Below, in pieces: positions 56,712-64,000 of a DNA stretch of 64,000 nucleotides (the stretch's first letter is position 1; each line of letters begins with the position of its first letter). Below the pieces are notes generated by a model. The model did not search any database, was not told where the DNA came from, and was given only the letters and a program-made list of their open reading frames with translations. The stretch is from a virus. Both the position numbers and the translations under genes were made by a program. The stretch lies in the IMG/VR virus record IMGVR_UViG_3300028581_002181, positions 32,001 to 96,000 of that record. One strand, 5' to 3'.

Positions 56712-58250
56712 TCATTTATTATGAAGTTTTGATATAAATTGGTAATATTCTTCAGTTTGATTGCTGATGCCGTCCGCCCAAATTTGTTTCTTTGTGAGGT
56801 AATCATGCAATTTATTTTGTAGGTCTTTGGGAGAATTTTTGCTCCAATTATGTAAATTATCTAACCAAACACTGGCCAACTCTGCCCACATATAATCTGG
56901 AAATATGGTCAAAAAATTGTATGAACGCGATACTGTGTTTTTTTCGGAATTATATTTTTCCTTAAGCAGTTGTTTGTGATTCAATTCAATTCCTAAATCA
57001 TACATGTCTTGCCAAAATTTATTTGTTTTTTTTGAACACAATGTATAATGCACACTGATAAAGTCTGCGATGTCATCCAAAGCATAACAAACTTTTTCAT
57101 TGTAATCTGCCCAATCATTGTTGTTTTTTATGGCCATAGTGGCTGCAAATATCGTTGAAACTGAAATGAACAGTGCGTTGGCTTCCATGGGCTCTATAAA
57201 ACCTGCTGCCATGCCCACAGCACAAACGTTTTTTATTGCTGGAGTTTTAAATCTTTTTGGTTCCCACTTGATCAGTCTTGGTTCTTTTAAATTTTTTTTA
57301 TCTATAATTTTTAAAAATTCTTCTTTGGCTTGTGCATCTGTAAAATATTTGTCATTATAGACCAATCCACAACCCATTCTATTCAATAAACCAATTTTAA
57401 ATATCCAACCCATGGAGTGCCAGATGGATTGAGTGTGATTCTTACACTCTTGGTCAGCATCTGAATATTTCAAAGGACTTACCCAAGCACTGTTGGCAGG
57501 ACAATGAGTGTATGCATGATAATCATTGGTTAATTTGCTGATCAATGTTCTGTGAAATCCTGTGGCGTCTATCCAAATATCACTGCTGATGATTGCTCCT
57601 GATTGGAGTTCAACGCTGGCTATGCCTTGTTGATCACAATTTACTTTTGTGATTGTGTCTATGATTTCTTTTACACCACTGGGTTTGGCATGTTTTTCAA
57701 TCAAATAAGGAGCCAGTTTTTCCGCATCAATGTGATAAGCATAGGAAAAATTTTCACTGCCCAAATAACATCCATTGCTATCAAAAGGAGCTTTGTTTTT
57801 GTTCATGAATGAATACAAAGGCACAAATGAATCACTGTAATTTTGTACTTTTTTGTTATTAAATAAATCTATCCATACATCTGTTGCTCGCATGTCTGTA
57901 GGACCTATGGAAACAATGTCTTCTTTAGTGATAGGTTGATTATTAAAAATTTTTTCCAAAGGCTCATTATAGTTGAAAGCAAAATATACATCTTCTTTTT
58001 CATTTATCCAATCTTTAAAACAGTTGGCATATTTAAAAATACTTTGAGTGGCCAGCATCATGTCTTTTTCATCCACACCTATTTCATTCAAAAATCCTTT
58101 CACATGAGGTGTAACACTTTCTCCCACTCCTATGGTAGGAATATGATCACTGTGTAGTAAAATTATTTGATCTGTGGGAAAATGTTTTTTTAAAAAACAC
58201 GCTGCTAGAGCTCCAGCAGTGCCTGCACCTACCACAGTAATGGTTTTCAT
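56712..58250 (-). CDS. Flavin-dependent tryptophan halogenase (PrnA-like) family protein
   Basis: VVGAGTAG, IGVGES, ATQSIFK (catalytic Lys position), YAYHIDA, IDATGF, GWIFKIGL, GFIEPMEA. Confidence 0.88.
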   Translation of the reverse strand: MKTITVVGAGTAGALAACFLKKHFPTDQIILLHSDHIPTIGVGESVTPHVKGFLNEIGVDEKDMMLATQSIFKYANCFKDWINEKEDVYFAFNYNEPLEKIFNNQPITKEDIVSIGPTDMRATDVWIDLFNNKKVQNYSDSFVPLYSFMNKNKAPFDSNGCYLGSENFSYAYHIDAEKLAPYLIEKHAKPSGVKEIIDTITKVNCDQQGIASVELQSGAIISSDIWIDATGFHRTLISKLTNDYHAYTHCPANSAWVSPLKYSDADQECKNHTQSIWHSMGWIFKIGLLNRMGCGLVYNDKYFTDAQAKEEFLKIIDKKNLKEPRLIKWEPKRFKTPAIKNVCAVGMAAGFIEPMEANALFISVSTIFAATMAIKNNNDWADYNEKVCYALDDIADFISVHYTLCSKKTNKFWQDMYDLGIELNHKQLLKEKYNSEKNTVSRSYNFLTIFPDYMWAELASVWLDNLHNWSKNSPKDLQNKLHDYLTKKQIWADGISNQTEEYYQFISKLHNK

Positions 58251-58251
58251 A

Positions 58252-58896
58252 TTATTCTTTTTTGGATTCTTTGTAAAAGTATTCATCTGAATCACCAAAC
58301 ACCCATTTGGCATTCTGTTCACAGTGCCAATATTTGGTGCTCACTTTGAAATCTGGAGTTTTGAGTTTGCCAGGATTGGCACTGGCTTCGTGCCAGATCA
58401 TTCTATTGTTGGGTTGGGCAAAGAATTGACCATTGTCCAATTGACCTATGTTGTGACCCTTGTGTTCAGTGGGCACTTCTGATTCAGTCACATTCACAGT
58501 GTTGGGATCTGTGTGAGCACTGTCCACAGTGAACAAATAAACTCCTGACATCTTTTTACCATCTTTGAGTATCACATCCACTCTGCTGTATTGTAGGTAT
58601 TGTTTCTCAATGATGGTGATGTGATAGCTGAAACCATCCCACAGTTGCAAATAATCCAAAGGCAATTGCTCTTCTGATTTGATATCTGTGCGCCAAGTGA
58701 ATGCACTGATGGGCAGCTTGTCATACAGTGCACCATATTCTGGCAGATATGCTTCTATGTAGAATGCTCTGCGTGGAATAGATTTCAGTGTGACCCAAGT
58801 GCAGGGCACAAATTCACCGTGACCTTTTTGAAAGTCATACAGATATTCTTTTTTGATGTAGGCTTGGATGTAGGGAGTGTTCACCACGAAGTTCAT
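58252..58896 (-). CDS. Conserved hypothetical protein
   Basis: 214-aa ORF (EYGALYDKLPISAF...AQPNNR); function unknown. Confidence 0.7.
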   Translation of the reverse strand: MNFVVNTPYIQAYIKKEYLYDFQKGHGEFVPCTWVTLKSIPRRAFYIEAYLPEYGALYDKLPISAFTWRTDIKSEEQLPLDYLQLWDGFSYHITIIEKQYLQYSRVDVILKDGKKMSGVYLFTVDSAHTDPNTVNVTESEVPTEHKGHNIGQLDNGQFFAQPNNRMIWHEASANPGKLKTPDFKVSTKYWHCEQNAKWVFGDSDEYFYKESKKE

Positions 58897-58932
58897 ATAC
58901 TAGTAATTATCTTGAGTAACGAATAGCTAAAG

Positions 58933-59541
58933 CTAAAATGGCTTTCCACTTTTTTGTAAAATAGAGGACTGTCCTGGGGGTGTAGTTTTTGGTGCTGCAG
59001 TAGCTGGGACTTTAGGGTCTTCAAATTCATTTGGTTTGATATTTAGAGATTTTAGCACAGATGAGAATTGTGTGTTGAAATCTCCATGAGTGATGTTAGT
59101 CATTTTACGTAAAAAATCTTCGATGCTTGTGATTATAGTATTTTTGGCTGAGCCATCTGATGGATTTTCCAATCTAGTTTTGATAGCTGCTGATAATTCT
59201 TTTTCAAAACCTGCGTCCTTGGGTTTACTCTGCATCATTGATCCCACAAACATATTTAGGTCGTCTTTGGTAACACCTATTTTGCTGTAATCTTTTACAC
59301 CAGCGCCTTTGTTCATACTGCCCAATGCTCCACCCAACTTGCTGGCAAAACTGTCTTTGGCAGCATCTGTGTCTTTGGGAGCAGTCATAAATTTATTCAC
59401 AGCAGTGTTGGCTGCACCCACAGCAGTTTTCACAGCACCACCTGCCTGTGCAAATTTATTCATCACTTTGCCCATAGTGCCTGGAGGTTTGGCTGCAGTA
59501 GGTTTGCCCAAAGATGGAGTGACCAATTCATTGATCTTCAT
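58933..59541 (-). CDS. Putative internal virion protein (MKINEL tag)
   Basis: N-terminal MKINELV; Ala/Lys-rich. Confidence 0.55.
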   Translation of the reverse strand: MKINELVTPSLGKPTAAKPPGTMGKVMNKFAQAGGAVKTAVGAANTAVNKFMTAPKDTDAAKDSFASKLGGALGSMNKGAGVKDYSKIGVTKDDLNMFVGSMMQSKPKDAGFEKELSAAIKTRLENPSDGSAKNTIITSIEDFLRKMTNITHGDFNTQFSSVLKSLNIKPNEFEDPKVPATAAPKTTPPGQSSILQKSGKPF

Positions 59542-59546
59542 GGTGA

Positions 59547-59933
59547 TTACTTTTTGTCTTGGTTGAATTTTTTTTCGTTAACTTTTTTGTCTAGAATTTT
59601 GAACAACACTTCTTCGTAGGTTTCCATCTTGCCATCACTGGGCTTGACCACTTGTTGTACAGGTATACTGGTTTCCAGTTCGGCTTGATTGAATTTTTCA
59701 TCGTAGTCCATATAATGATACACAGAACTGATGTAATCAGCGGCTTTGGTGATCTTTGCTTGAACCCAACCTTCCAAACCTTCTGCTTCAGACACGTTCT
59801 TTAACAGTTCATGCAGTTTGATGCTGTACTTGGCCAACTTGTAAAGATCAGCACGTGCCATCTGCACTTCGTGATCCATCTCTGCTTTGTGAGCTGCGTC
59901 TGCCAATCCTTCTTTGATATCTTTGTGTTTCAT
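59547..59933 (-). CDS. Putative internal virion protein (MKHKDIKE tag)
   Basis: ATAAATA at 59945-59939; core DHEVQMARADL...LEGWVQAKITKAADYI. Confidence 0.6.
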   Translation of the reverse strand: MKHKDIKEGLADAAHKAEMDHEVQMARADLYKLAKYSIKLHELLKNVSEAEGLEGWVQAKITKAADYISSVYHYMDYDEKFNQAELETSIPVQQVVKPSDGKMETYEEVLFKILDKKVNEKKFNQDKK

Positions 59934-59941
59934 ATGTGTAT

Positions 59942-60142
59942 TTATCTCTTCATTGGGCCACCGAATATGCTGACGTCCTTCATGTCCAGTGCGTTATCAG
60001 TGGGTTTTTGTTTTTTGGGCTTGGCTTTGGCTGATTTGTAGGCATAAGGATTGGTCACATGGGGGTTTGCTATGCTGGCAATGTTGCCTGCTGATGTGGA
60101 TCCCACAGATGCCACTTCTCTTATGATGTCTCTAATTTTCAT
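59942..60142 (-). CDS. Small putative internal virion protein (MKIRDIIRE tag)
   Basis: ATAAATA at 60164-60158; tag followed by VASVGSTSAGNIAS. Confidence 0.6.
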   Translation of the reverse strand: MKIRDIIREVASVGSTSAGNIASIANPHVTNPYAYKSAKAKPKKQKPTDNALDMKDVSIFGGPMKR

Positions 60143-60177
60143 CGTTTGCCCTTGCTGTATTTATGTGGTGTTTGTGA

Positions 60178-60372
60178 TTATTTGCTAACTTTGGGCACAG
60201 TGATGCCCAGCTTTTTCACTGCTTTGCCGCCTTTGTACAGCCTAGCGTGTGGCACTTTTAAATTCTTTGGACCATATATGTCGCCCACTTTGAATGTGTA
60301 ACTCAAGCGTGCAGGATCCAATCCATAGTGGTAGTCTGCCCATGCTTCATGCACTATATCACGTATCTTCAT
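60178..60372 (-). CDS. Small basic putative internal virion protein (MKIRDIVHE tag)
   Basis: Tag; ATGA coupling. Confidence 0.6.
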   Translation of the reverse strand: MKIRDIVHEAWADYHYGLDPARLSYTFKVGDIYGPKNLKVPHARLYKGGKAVKKLGITVPKVSK

Positions 60373-60713
60373 TTTTTTGTCTTCACGTTTTTAGCAGCAC
60401 CACGACGTTCCGGATTGGGATCTTCACGTCTTTTTCTTGAGGCTGCTGATGCACGCCCTTTCTTGCCCAATGCATGTGCTTTGGCTTGCGGCAAACATTT
60501 GGGCTTGCCTTCTTTGCTGCTGCCTCTGGCACAATCACCTTTGATTTTGCCGTCTGGACCAAATCTCACCCACTTCTGTTTAAACCATTTTTTTAAATCT
60601 TCTTCCATCTCCTTCACGGGCACACAGTTGGGCACCATTCTGTTGCCTTTGGGTTTCATGCCGCGCTGTACATAACCTTGCCAGCACTTCTCTAAAATCT
60701 CTCGGTATTTCAT
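60369..60713 (-). CDS. Basic putative internal virion protein (MKYREILE tag)
   Basis: Start reassigned to 60713; modules KCWQGY...VPNCVP and DLKKWFKQKWV...GKPKCLP. Confidence 0.6.
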   Translation of the reverse strand: MKYREILEKCWQGYVQRGMKPKGNRMVPNCVPVKEMEEDLKKWFKQKWVRFGPDGKIKGDCARGSSKEGKPKCLPQAKAHALGKKGRASAASRKRREDPNPERRGAAKNVKTKK

Positions 60714-60714
60714 T

Positions 60715-60876
60715 CTATTTGCTCTTGTTGCCCCAGTTGGCTGCACCTTTTTTACGACACTGAACCAACGCACCTGATGCATAGGCACTGGGCCAAACTT
60801 TATATCTGGATTTGACCTTGCGATAGCAGGCGTCCTGTTTTTCTTGCAGACCTTGAGTGATTTCTTTGAGCTTCAT
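60715..60876 (-). CDS. Small basic protein (53 aa, MKLKEIT tag), not in the ORF track
   Basis: Translated by hand: MKLKEITQGLQEKQDACYRKVKSRYKVWPSAYASGALVQCRKKGAANWGNKSK; ATAAATA at 60901-60895. Confidence 0.7.
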   Translation of the reverse strand: MKLKEITQGLQEKQDACYRKVKSRYKVWPSAYASGALVQCRKKGAANWGNKSK

Positions 60877-60893
60877 AATAGTGTTTTACACTA

Positions 60894-61349
60894 CTATTTA
60901 TTGCGTTTACGACCTTGACGCATGTTTATCTGCCAGTGTGCCAGTTGCTTTTTGCGTGCAGATGCTGTTTTAGAACTGCGTATCCGTTTCAATTGTGTGA
61001 TGGTAGCGCCTTTGGGTATGCCTGCTCGTTTGGAATCACCAGGTCTACCTGGTCCTCGGCCATCCGCAAAGTTCTCATCCACGTTGCCCAATGGACTGGC
61101 AATGGGATCACGCATTTGAGCATATCTGTTCATGTCCAACACAATTTGTGCTTTGAGACTCACATGTGGAATGTCTGTTTTGATCAGCAGTTTTAAATCT
61201 TCATCCGACAAAGATTTCAAATGTTGACGCAATGCCTGACCTTTCACAGCTGGCAAAGCCTTGTCTTTGAATGGTGTGTATTGAGTTCGTAGATCATCTA
61301 TGTCAGATTGTTTAAGTTTATGCTTAAACACTATTTCACGAATCTTCAT
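60894..61349 (-). CDS. Basic putative internal virion protein (MKIREIV tag)
   Basis: Tag; C-terminal Arg/Lys-rich module after VDE (NFADGRGPGRPG...). Confidence 0.6.
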   Translation of the reverse strand: MKIREIVFKHKLKQSDIDDLRTQYTPFKDKALPAVKGQALRQHLKSLSDEDLKLLIKTDIPHVSLKAQIVLDMNRYAQMRDPIASPLGNVDENFADGRGPGRPGDSKRAGIPKGATITQLKRIRSSKTASARKKQLAHWQINMRQGRKRNK

Positions 61350-61353
61350 TGAA

Positions 61354-62085
61354 TTACACCAGTTTTAATTTGCGAGCCTGTCTGCGGATCTCACCTGGTT
61401 TAACATCTCGGGTAGTGTTCTGTTTGGTAATAATTCCCACACCTGCTGCATCTTCCACAGGCACTTTTTCTTTTTGTTTTTGTTTATGATTGTATTGTTC
61501 CAATGCTTGTGACACCTTGCTGAGTGGATGCTTGTTGGCTTGATACAGTATGCCATAGCCACCTTTGCTCTGCCATTTGTCTATGTTGATGGGACGATCG
61601 TCTATTAAAATATTTTTAACACCGTTTTTGACAGCATAGGTTTCTTTCACACCAGTCACAATGATAACATCTGGCTTCACTATGTTTTTGCCAATCCATA
61701 CTTTTTTGTAGTAACCACTGTTTTCTGTGTCACCTCTCAAAGGCGAAGTGAGTATGCTGTACTGCCCACCTGTGAATTTCTTGATCATCTCGATCAATGT
61801 GTCTGCACTGCTGAACTTGGGTAGATGTGCAAAAAAATCTGTGCCTGCTATTCTGTCAATCACATCTTGGCGTAGGTCTTTGGTCTTGTCAGATGTCAGT
61901 TGTTTCCAGTGATCCACACCGTACAAACGTTCTACTCCACCAAAGAAATCTGCAATCACGCCATCCATATCCAAATACACAATGGGTTTGACATTAGATT
62001 GTTCTGTCATGTGTTTATTATACAACTGTTTGTTGTATAAATCAACAGATATTTTTTGGTTAGATAGTATTTCGGTAATCTTCAT
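61354..62085 (-). CDS. 5'(3')-deoxyribonucleotidase-like HAD hydrolase with MKITEIL tag
   Basis: YLDMDGVIADF, ILTSP, K..W, ILIDDR..NI..W...GG.GI. Confidence 0.8.
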   Translation of the reverse strand: MKITEILSNQKISVDLYNKQLYNKHMTEQSNVKPIVYLDMDGVIADFFGGVERLYGVDHWKQLTSDKTKDLRQDVIDRIAGTDFFAHLPKFSSADTLIEMIKKFTGGQYSILTSPLRGDTENSGYYKKVWIGKNIVKPDVIIVTGVKETYAVKNGVKNILIDDRPINIDKWQSKGGYGILYQANKHPLSKVSQALEQYNHKQKQKEKVPVEDAAGVGIITKQNTTRDVKPGEIRRQARKLKLV

Positions 62086-62246
62086 TAGTCTTTTTCACAA
62101 TTGGCACAGTGACAGCGTCTGCACACTTCAATCACCCATTCTCGTGTCTTTTTGTCGCCAATATGTTCGCTTTCTTTTCTTTTCAAAGTTTTTTTGCAAT
62201 GACTATCATTGCCACAATTGATGCAATAGGGTTTTTCCTTAGCCAT
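62085..62246 (-). CDS. Small Cys-rich (zinc-finger-like) protein
   Basis: Start reassigned to MAKEKP (62246): CINC..H..C and C..C.C..C. Confidence 0.5.
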   Translation of the reverse strand: MAKEKPYCINCGNDSHCKKTLKRKESEHIGDKKTREWVIEVCRRCHCANCEKD

Positions 62247-62250
62247 AAAT

Positions 62251-63060
62251 TTAAGATCTGTCTTGTTTGGGACTTTTTCTTTGTTTGAATTTTTTATCAG
62301 TGGAACACCAATATCTACCATAGCTTTCATTGGATTCAGCCTGCACATATCCTTTTTTTTCATAGTCCGGCCAAGACTTTTGTGGAATCTTAATTATTCC
62401 TTGTTTGTCGTTAGGATTAATCACCATGATCAATTCATTATCACTGTTGTAATCTTTAACAGGTTGAACAATTTTTTTTGCAATTTTATCTTTGAAACTT
62501 AAATTCTCTTTTTTGTAACCTGCGGGCATGAACTTGGCATATCTGTCTTGCATGTTTTTCACTGTGTTTAAATCTCTGCCTGAATCCAAACTCAATCTAG
62601 CCACTTCGATGTCTTGTTTGATATTCTGTATCAACTGGGCATCACCTTTTTGATTGGCCATATCCAACGCTTTGTTCATGGCTTGTATCACTGGCACATT
62701 ATTATTGATAGCATTATTAATGGAACCTATGCCTGCCACACTGCCCACAATAATTCCAGCCACAGCCATTTTTTGTAACCAATCTTTTAATCCTTCGTCT
62801 AATTCTGTGCTTTCAAAATGTCGGGAGTAAGGACGACCTTTGGCAAATTCTCTACCATAGCTGAACTCCTGTCTCTGTGCTAATTCTTTGGCTGAAAAAC
62901 CTGGACGTATAACTCCTCCAGCATGTTGTTTGGCAAAATCTTCTCTGTTCTTGAAGAATGCTCGGATTTCATCTGGGGTCATCATGTCCAACTTGGCTTT
63001 GGTCTTGGCCATGCTGCTGGGCAATCTAGAACCTTCTGATATGATGTGTCTTAGCTTCAT
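62251..63060 (-). CDS. Putative internal virion protein (MKLRHIISE tag), multi-module
   Basis: Tag; internal LDE|GLK, hydrophobic VAGIIVGSVAGIG, terminal NE|SYGRYWC module. Confidence 0.6.
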   Translation of the reverse strand: MKLRHIISEGSRLPSSMAKTKAKLDMMTPDEIRAFFKNREDFAKQHAGGVIRPGFSAKELAQRQEFSYGREFAKGRPYSRHFESTELDEGLKDWLQKMAVAGIIVGSVAGIGSINNAINNNVPVIQAMNKALDMANQKGDAQLIQNIKQDIEVARLSLDSGRDLNTVKNMQDRYAKFMPAGYKKENLSFKDKIAKKIVQPVKDYNSDNELIMVINPNDKQGIIKIPQKSWPDYEKKGYVQAESNESYGRYWCSTDKKFKQRKSPKQDRS

Positions 63061-63275
63061 TTCTTTCTTCCTCTGAATTTATTCTGCAATGACCCAGTCA
63101 TGTAAGGCAGACTGAACCACAATTTGAACCAATCTGGATCGCCTGGTTTTAGGCCTAATTCTTTTTCTTTGTCCTTCAAAGCCTGTGCTGTGTGACTGAT
63201 ATTTTCCACAGACGGCATAGTATTGCTGTAAGTGTCTATGCCTGCCAGTTTTTTCAATTTATCAATCTCGTTCAT
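63057..63275 (-). CDS. Small late protein
   Basis: ATAAATA at 63286-63280; LKKLAGI motif. Confidence 0.6.
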   Translation of the reverse strand: MNEIDKLKKLAGIDTYSNTMPSVENISHTAQALKDKEKELGLKPGDPDWFKLWFSLPYMTGSLQNKFRGRKK

Positions 63276-63282
63276 ATGATAT

Positions 63283-63849
63283 TTATGCTGGTTGTTTTAA
63301 ATTTTGACGTATTTTTTGATATATCTCTGTGGCTGTTTTTTCATCTGCAGGAATAGTGGTTAAAAAACTACGTTTAGCACCTTGCACAGCATACTCTCTA
63401 GCTCTGCTGGCACTCACACCTGCTGCGCCTTCTGCATCTGGATCTCTCATTCCAGCATTCACTGTTCTTATGCTGTTGAATTGGTAGTCTTTGCCATTGT
63501 ATTTGTTCAGTAATTCATCAAATTGTTGCACTCTGTCTGATCCCGCCACATATATGATGTCTTGATAGCCCATGCTTTCTAATTTTTTCATTGCATCAAT
63601 AATGGTCTTTACTCCAGCATCTCCCACTGTGACTGTGGGGAACATTTTTTGAGCATACAGTACTTTGTCCGCAAAACTGAGAGGATTTGATTTGGCATCT
63701 TGAGTGTGTGTTAAAAATAAAAAGTGATCGCCTGGTTGAGCAGAGATGGCGTCTATTAATTTTTTATGACCAGTGGTGGGTGGATTCATTCTGCCGTAAG
63801 CAAATGCGGCAATTTTAGGCGCTGGCTGACTTATTTCTACGAGTCTCAT
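63283..63849 (-). CDS. HxGH nucleotidyltransferase (cytidyltransferase/NMNAT-like)
   Basis: YGRMNPPTTGH, NPLSF..K, VAGSDR, SASRAR; N-terminus MRLVEIS. Confidence 0.8.
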   Translation of the reverse strand: MRLVEISQPAPKIAAFAYGRMNPPTTGHKKLIDAISAQPGDHFLFLTHTQDAKSNPLSFADKVLYAQKMFPTVTVGDAGVKTIIDAMKKLESMGYQDIIYVAGSDRVQQFDELLNKYNGKDYQFNSIRTVNAGMRDPDAEGAAGVSASRAREYAVQGAKRSFLTTIPADEKTATEIYQKIRQNLKQPA

Positions 63850-64000
63850 TGTGCATTCTTCACTGGATGTTTGGACAGTCCTTGCACGATCTTGTTGGTG
63901 AGGGTCACTCTGTCCTCTGAATTAATGATCTTTTCTGACTTGCCGTTGATTTTAAATTTTTCAAAGTATTCGTTGATTGCTTTATCCACACATCCACCCC
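63846..64000 (-). CDS. C-terminal fragment of a protein truncated by the window edge
   Basis: Open frame ...CVDKAINEYFEKFKING...KNAQ*, with TGA overlapping the ATG at 63849. Confidence 0.6.
   Translation of the reverse strand, partial: GGCVDKAINEYFEKFKINGKSEKIINSEDRVTLTNKIVQGLSKHPVKNAQ

Noticed and set aside
62247-62363. N-terminal extension of the track ORF 62085-62363
   Set aside because: Overlaps the end of 62251-63060 in another frame; the start at 62246 fits the intergenic layout
1-64000. Stop-codon reassignment (alternative genetic code)
   Set aside because: Core genes are full length in code 11, and TAG and TGA act as true stops with coupled downstream starts (polB TAG at 51842-51844; TAG at 32908-32910; many ATGA overlaps)
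1-64000. tRNA/ncRNA genes, integrase, transposase, reverse transcriptase/DGR
   Set aside because: Intergenic gaps are too short or lack cloverleaf signatures; no such protein motifs seen; no duplicated template/variable repeat near the tail-collar gene

Overview
A 64-kb segment of a large T4-supergroup-like myovirus genome (AT-rich, standard code 11, very compact, T4-like late-promoter cores [A/C/G]TAAATA plus several near-consensus sigma70 promoters). It has four blocks. (1) 1-7487, + strand: baseplate and tail-fibre structural genes. (2) 7580-31159: a ~23.5-kb enzyme island lying between tail genes, with 8 radical SAM proteins, 4 GT-A glycosyltransferases, 5 HxD...H oxygenases, a methyltransferase, a PLP enzyme, a QueC-like protein, a UDP-sugar dehydrogenase, an SDR and kinase-like proteins. 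(3) 31140-58896, - strand: a tail-fibre-like gene, a MoxR AAA/VWA pair, and a replication module (RNase H-like nuclease, probable clamp, exonuclease, PolB). Interleaved with it is a 7-deazaguanine DNA-modification pathway (FolE, QueE, QueD-like/DpdL-like, DpdA/TGT-like) with unexplained extras (GT4, two oxidoreductases, epimerase, PRTase, HIT, GMP reductase), followed by a flavin-dependent halogenase. (4) 58933-64000, - strand: an array of late-promoter genes whose products share an N-terminal MK[IL]xE[IL]-like tag and internal [ILV]xE sites, suggestive of capsid-packaged cargo. All functional calls come from motif recognition by eye, with no database searches. I saw no tRNA, CRISPR array, integrase or transposase, and I cannot determine the host.
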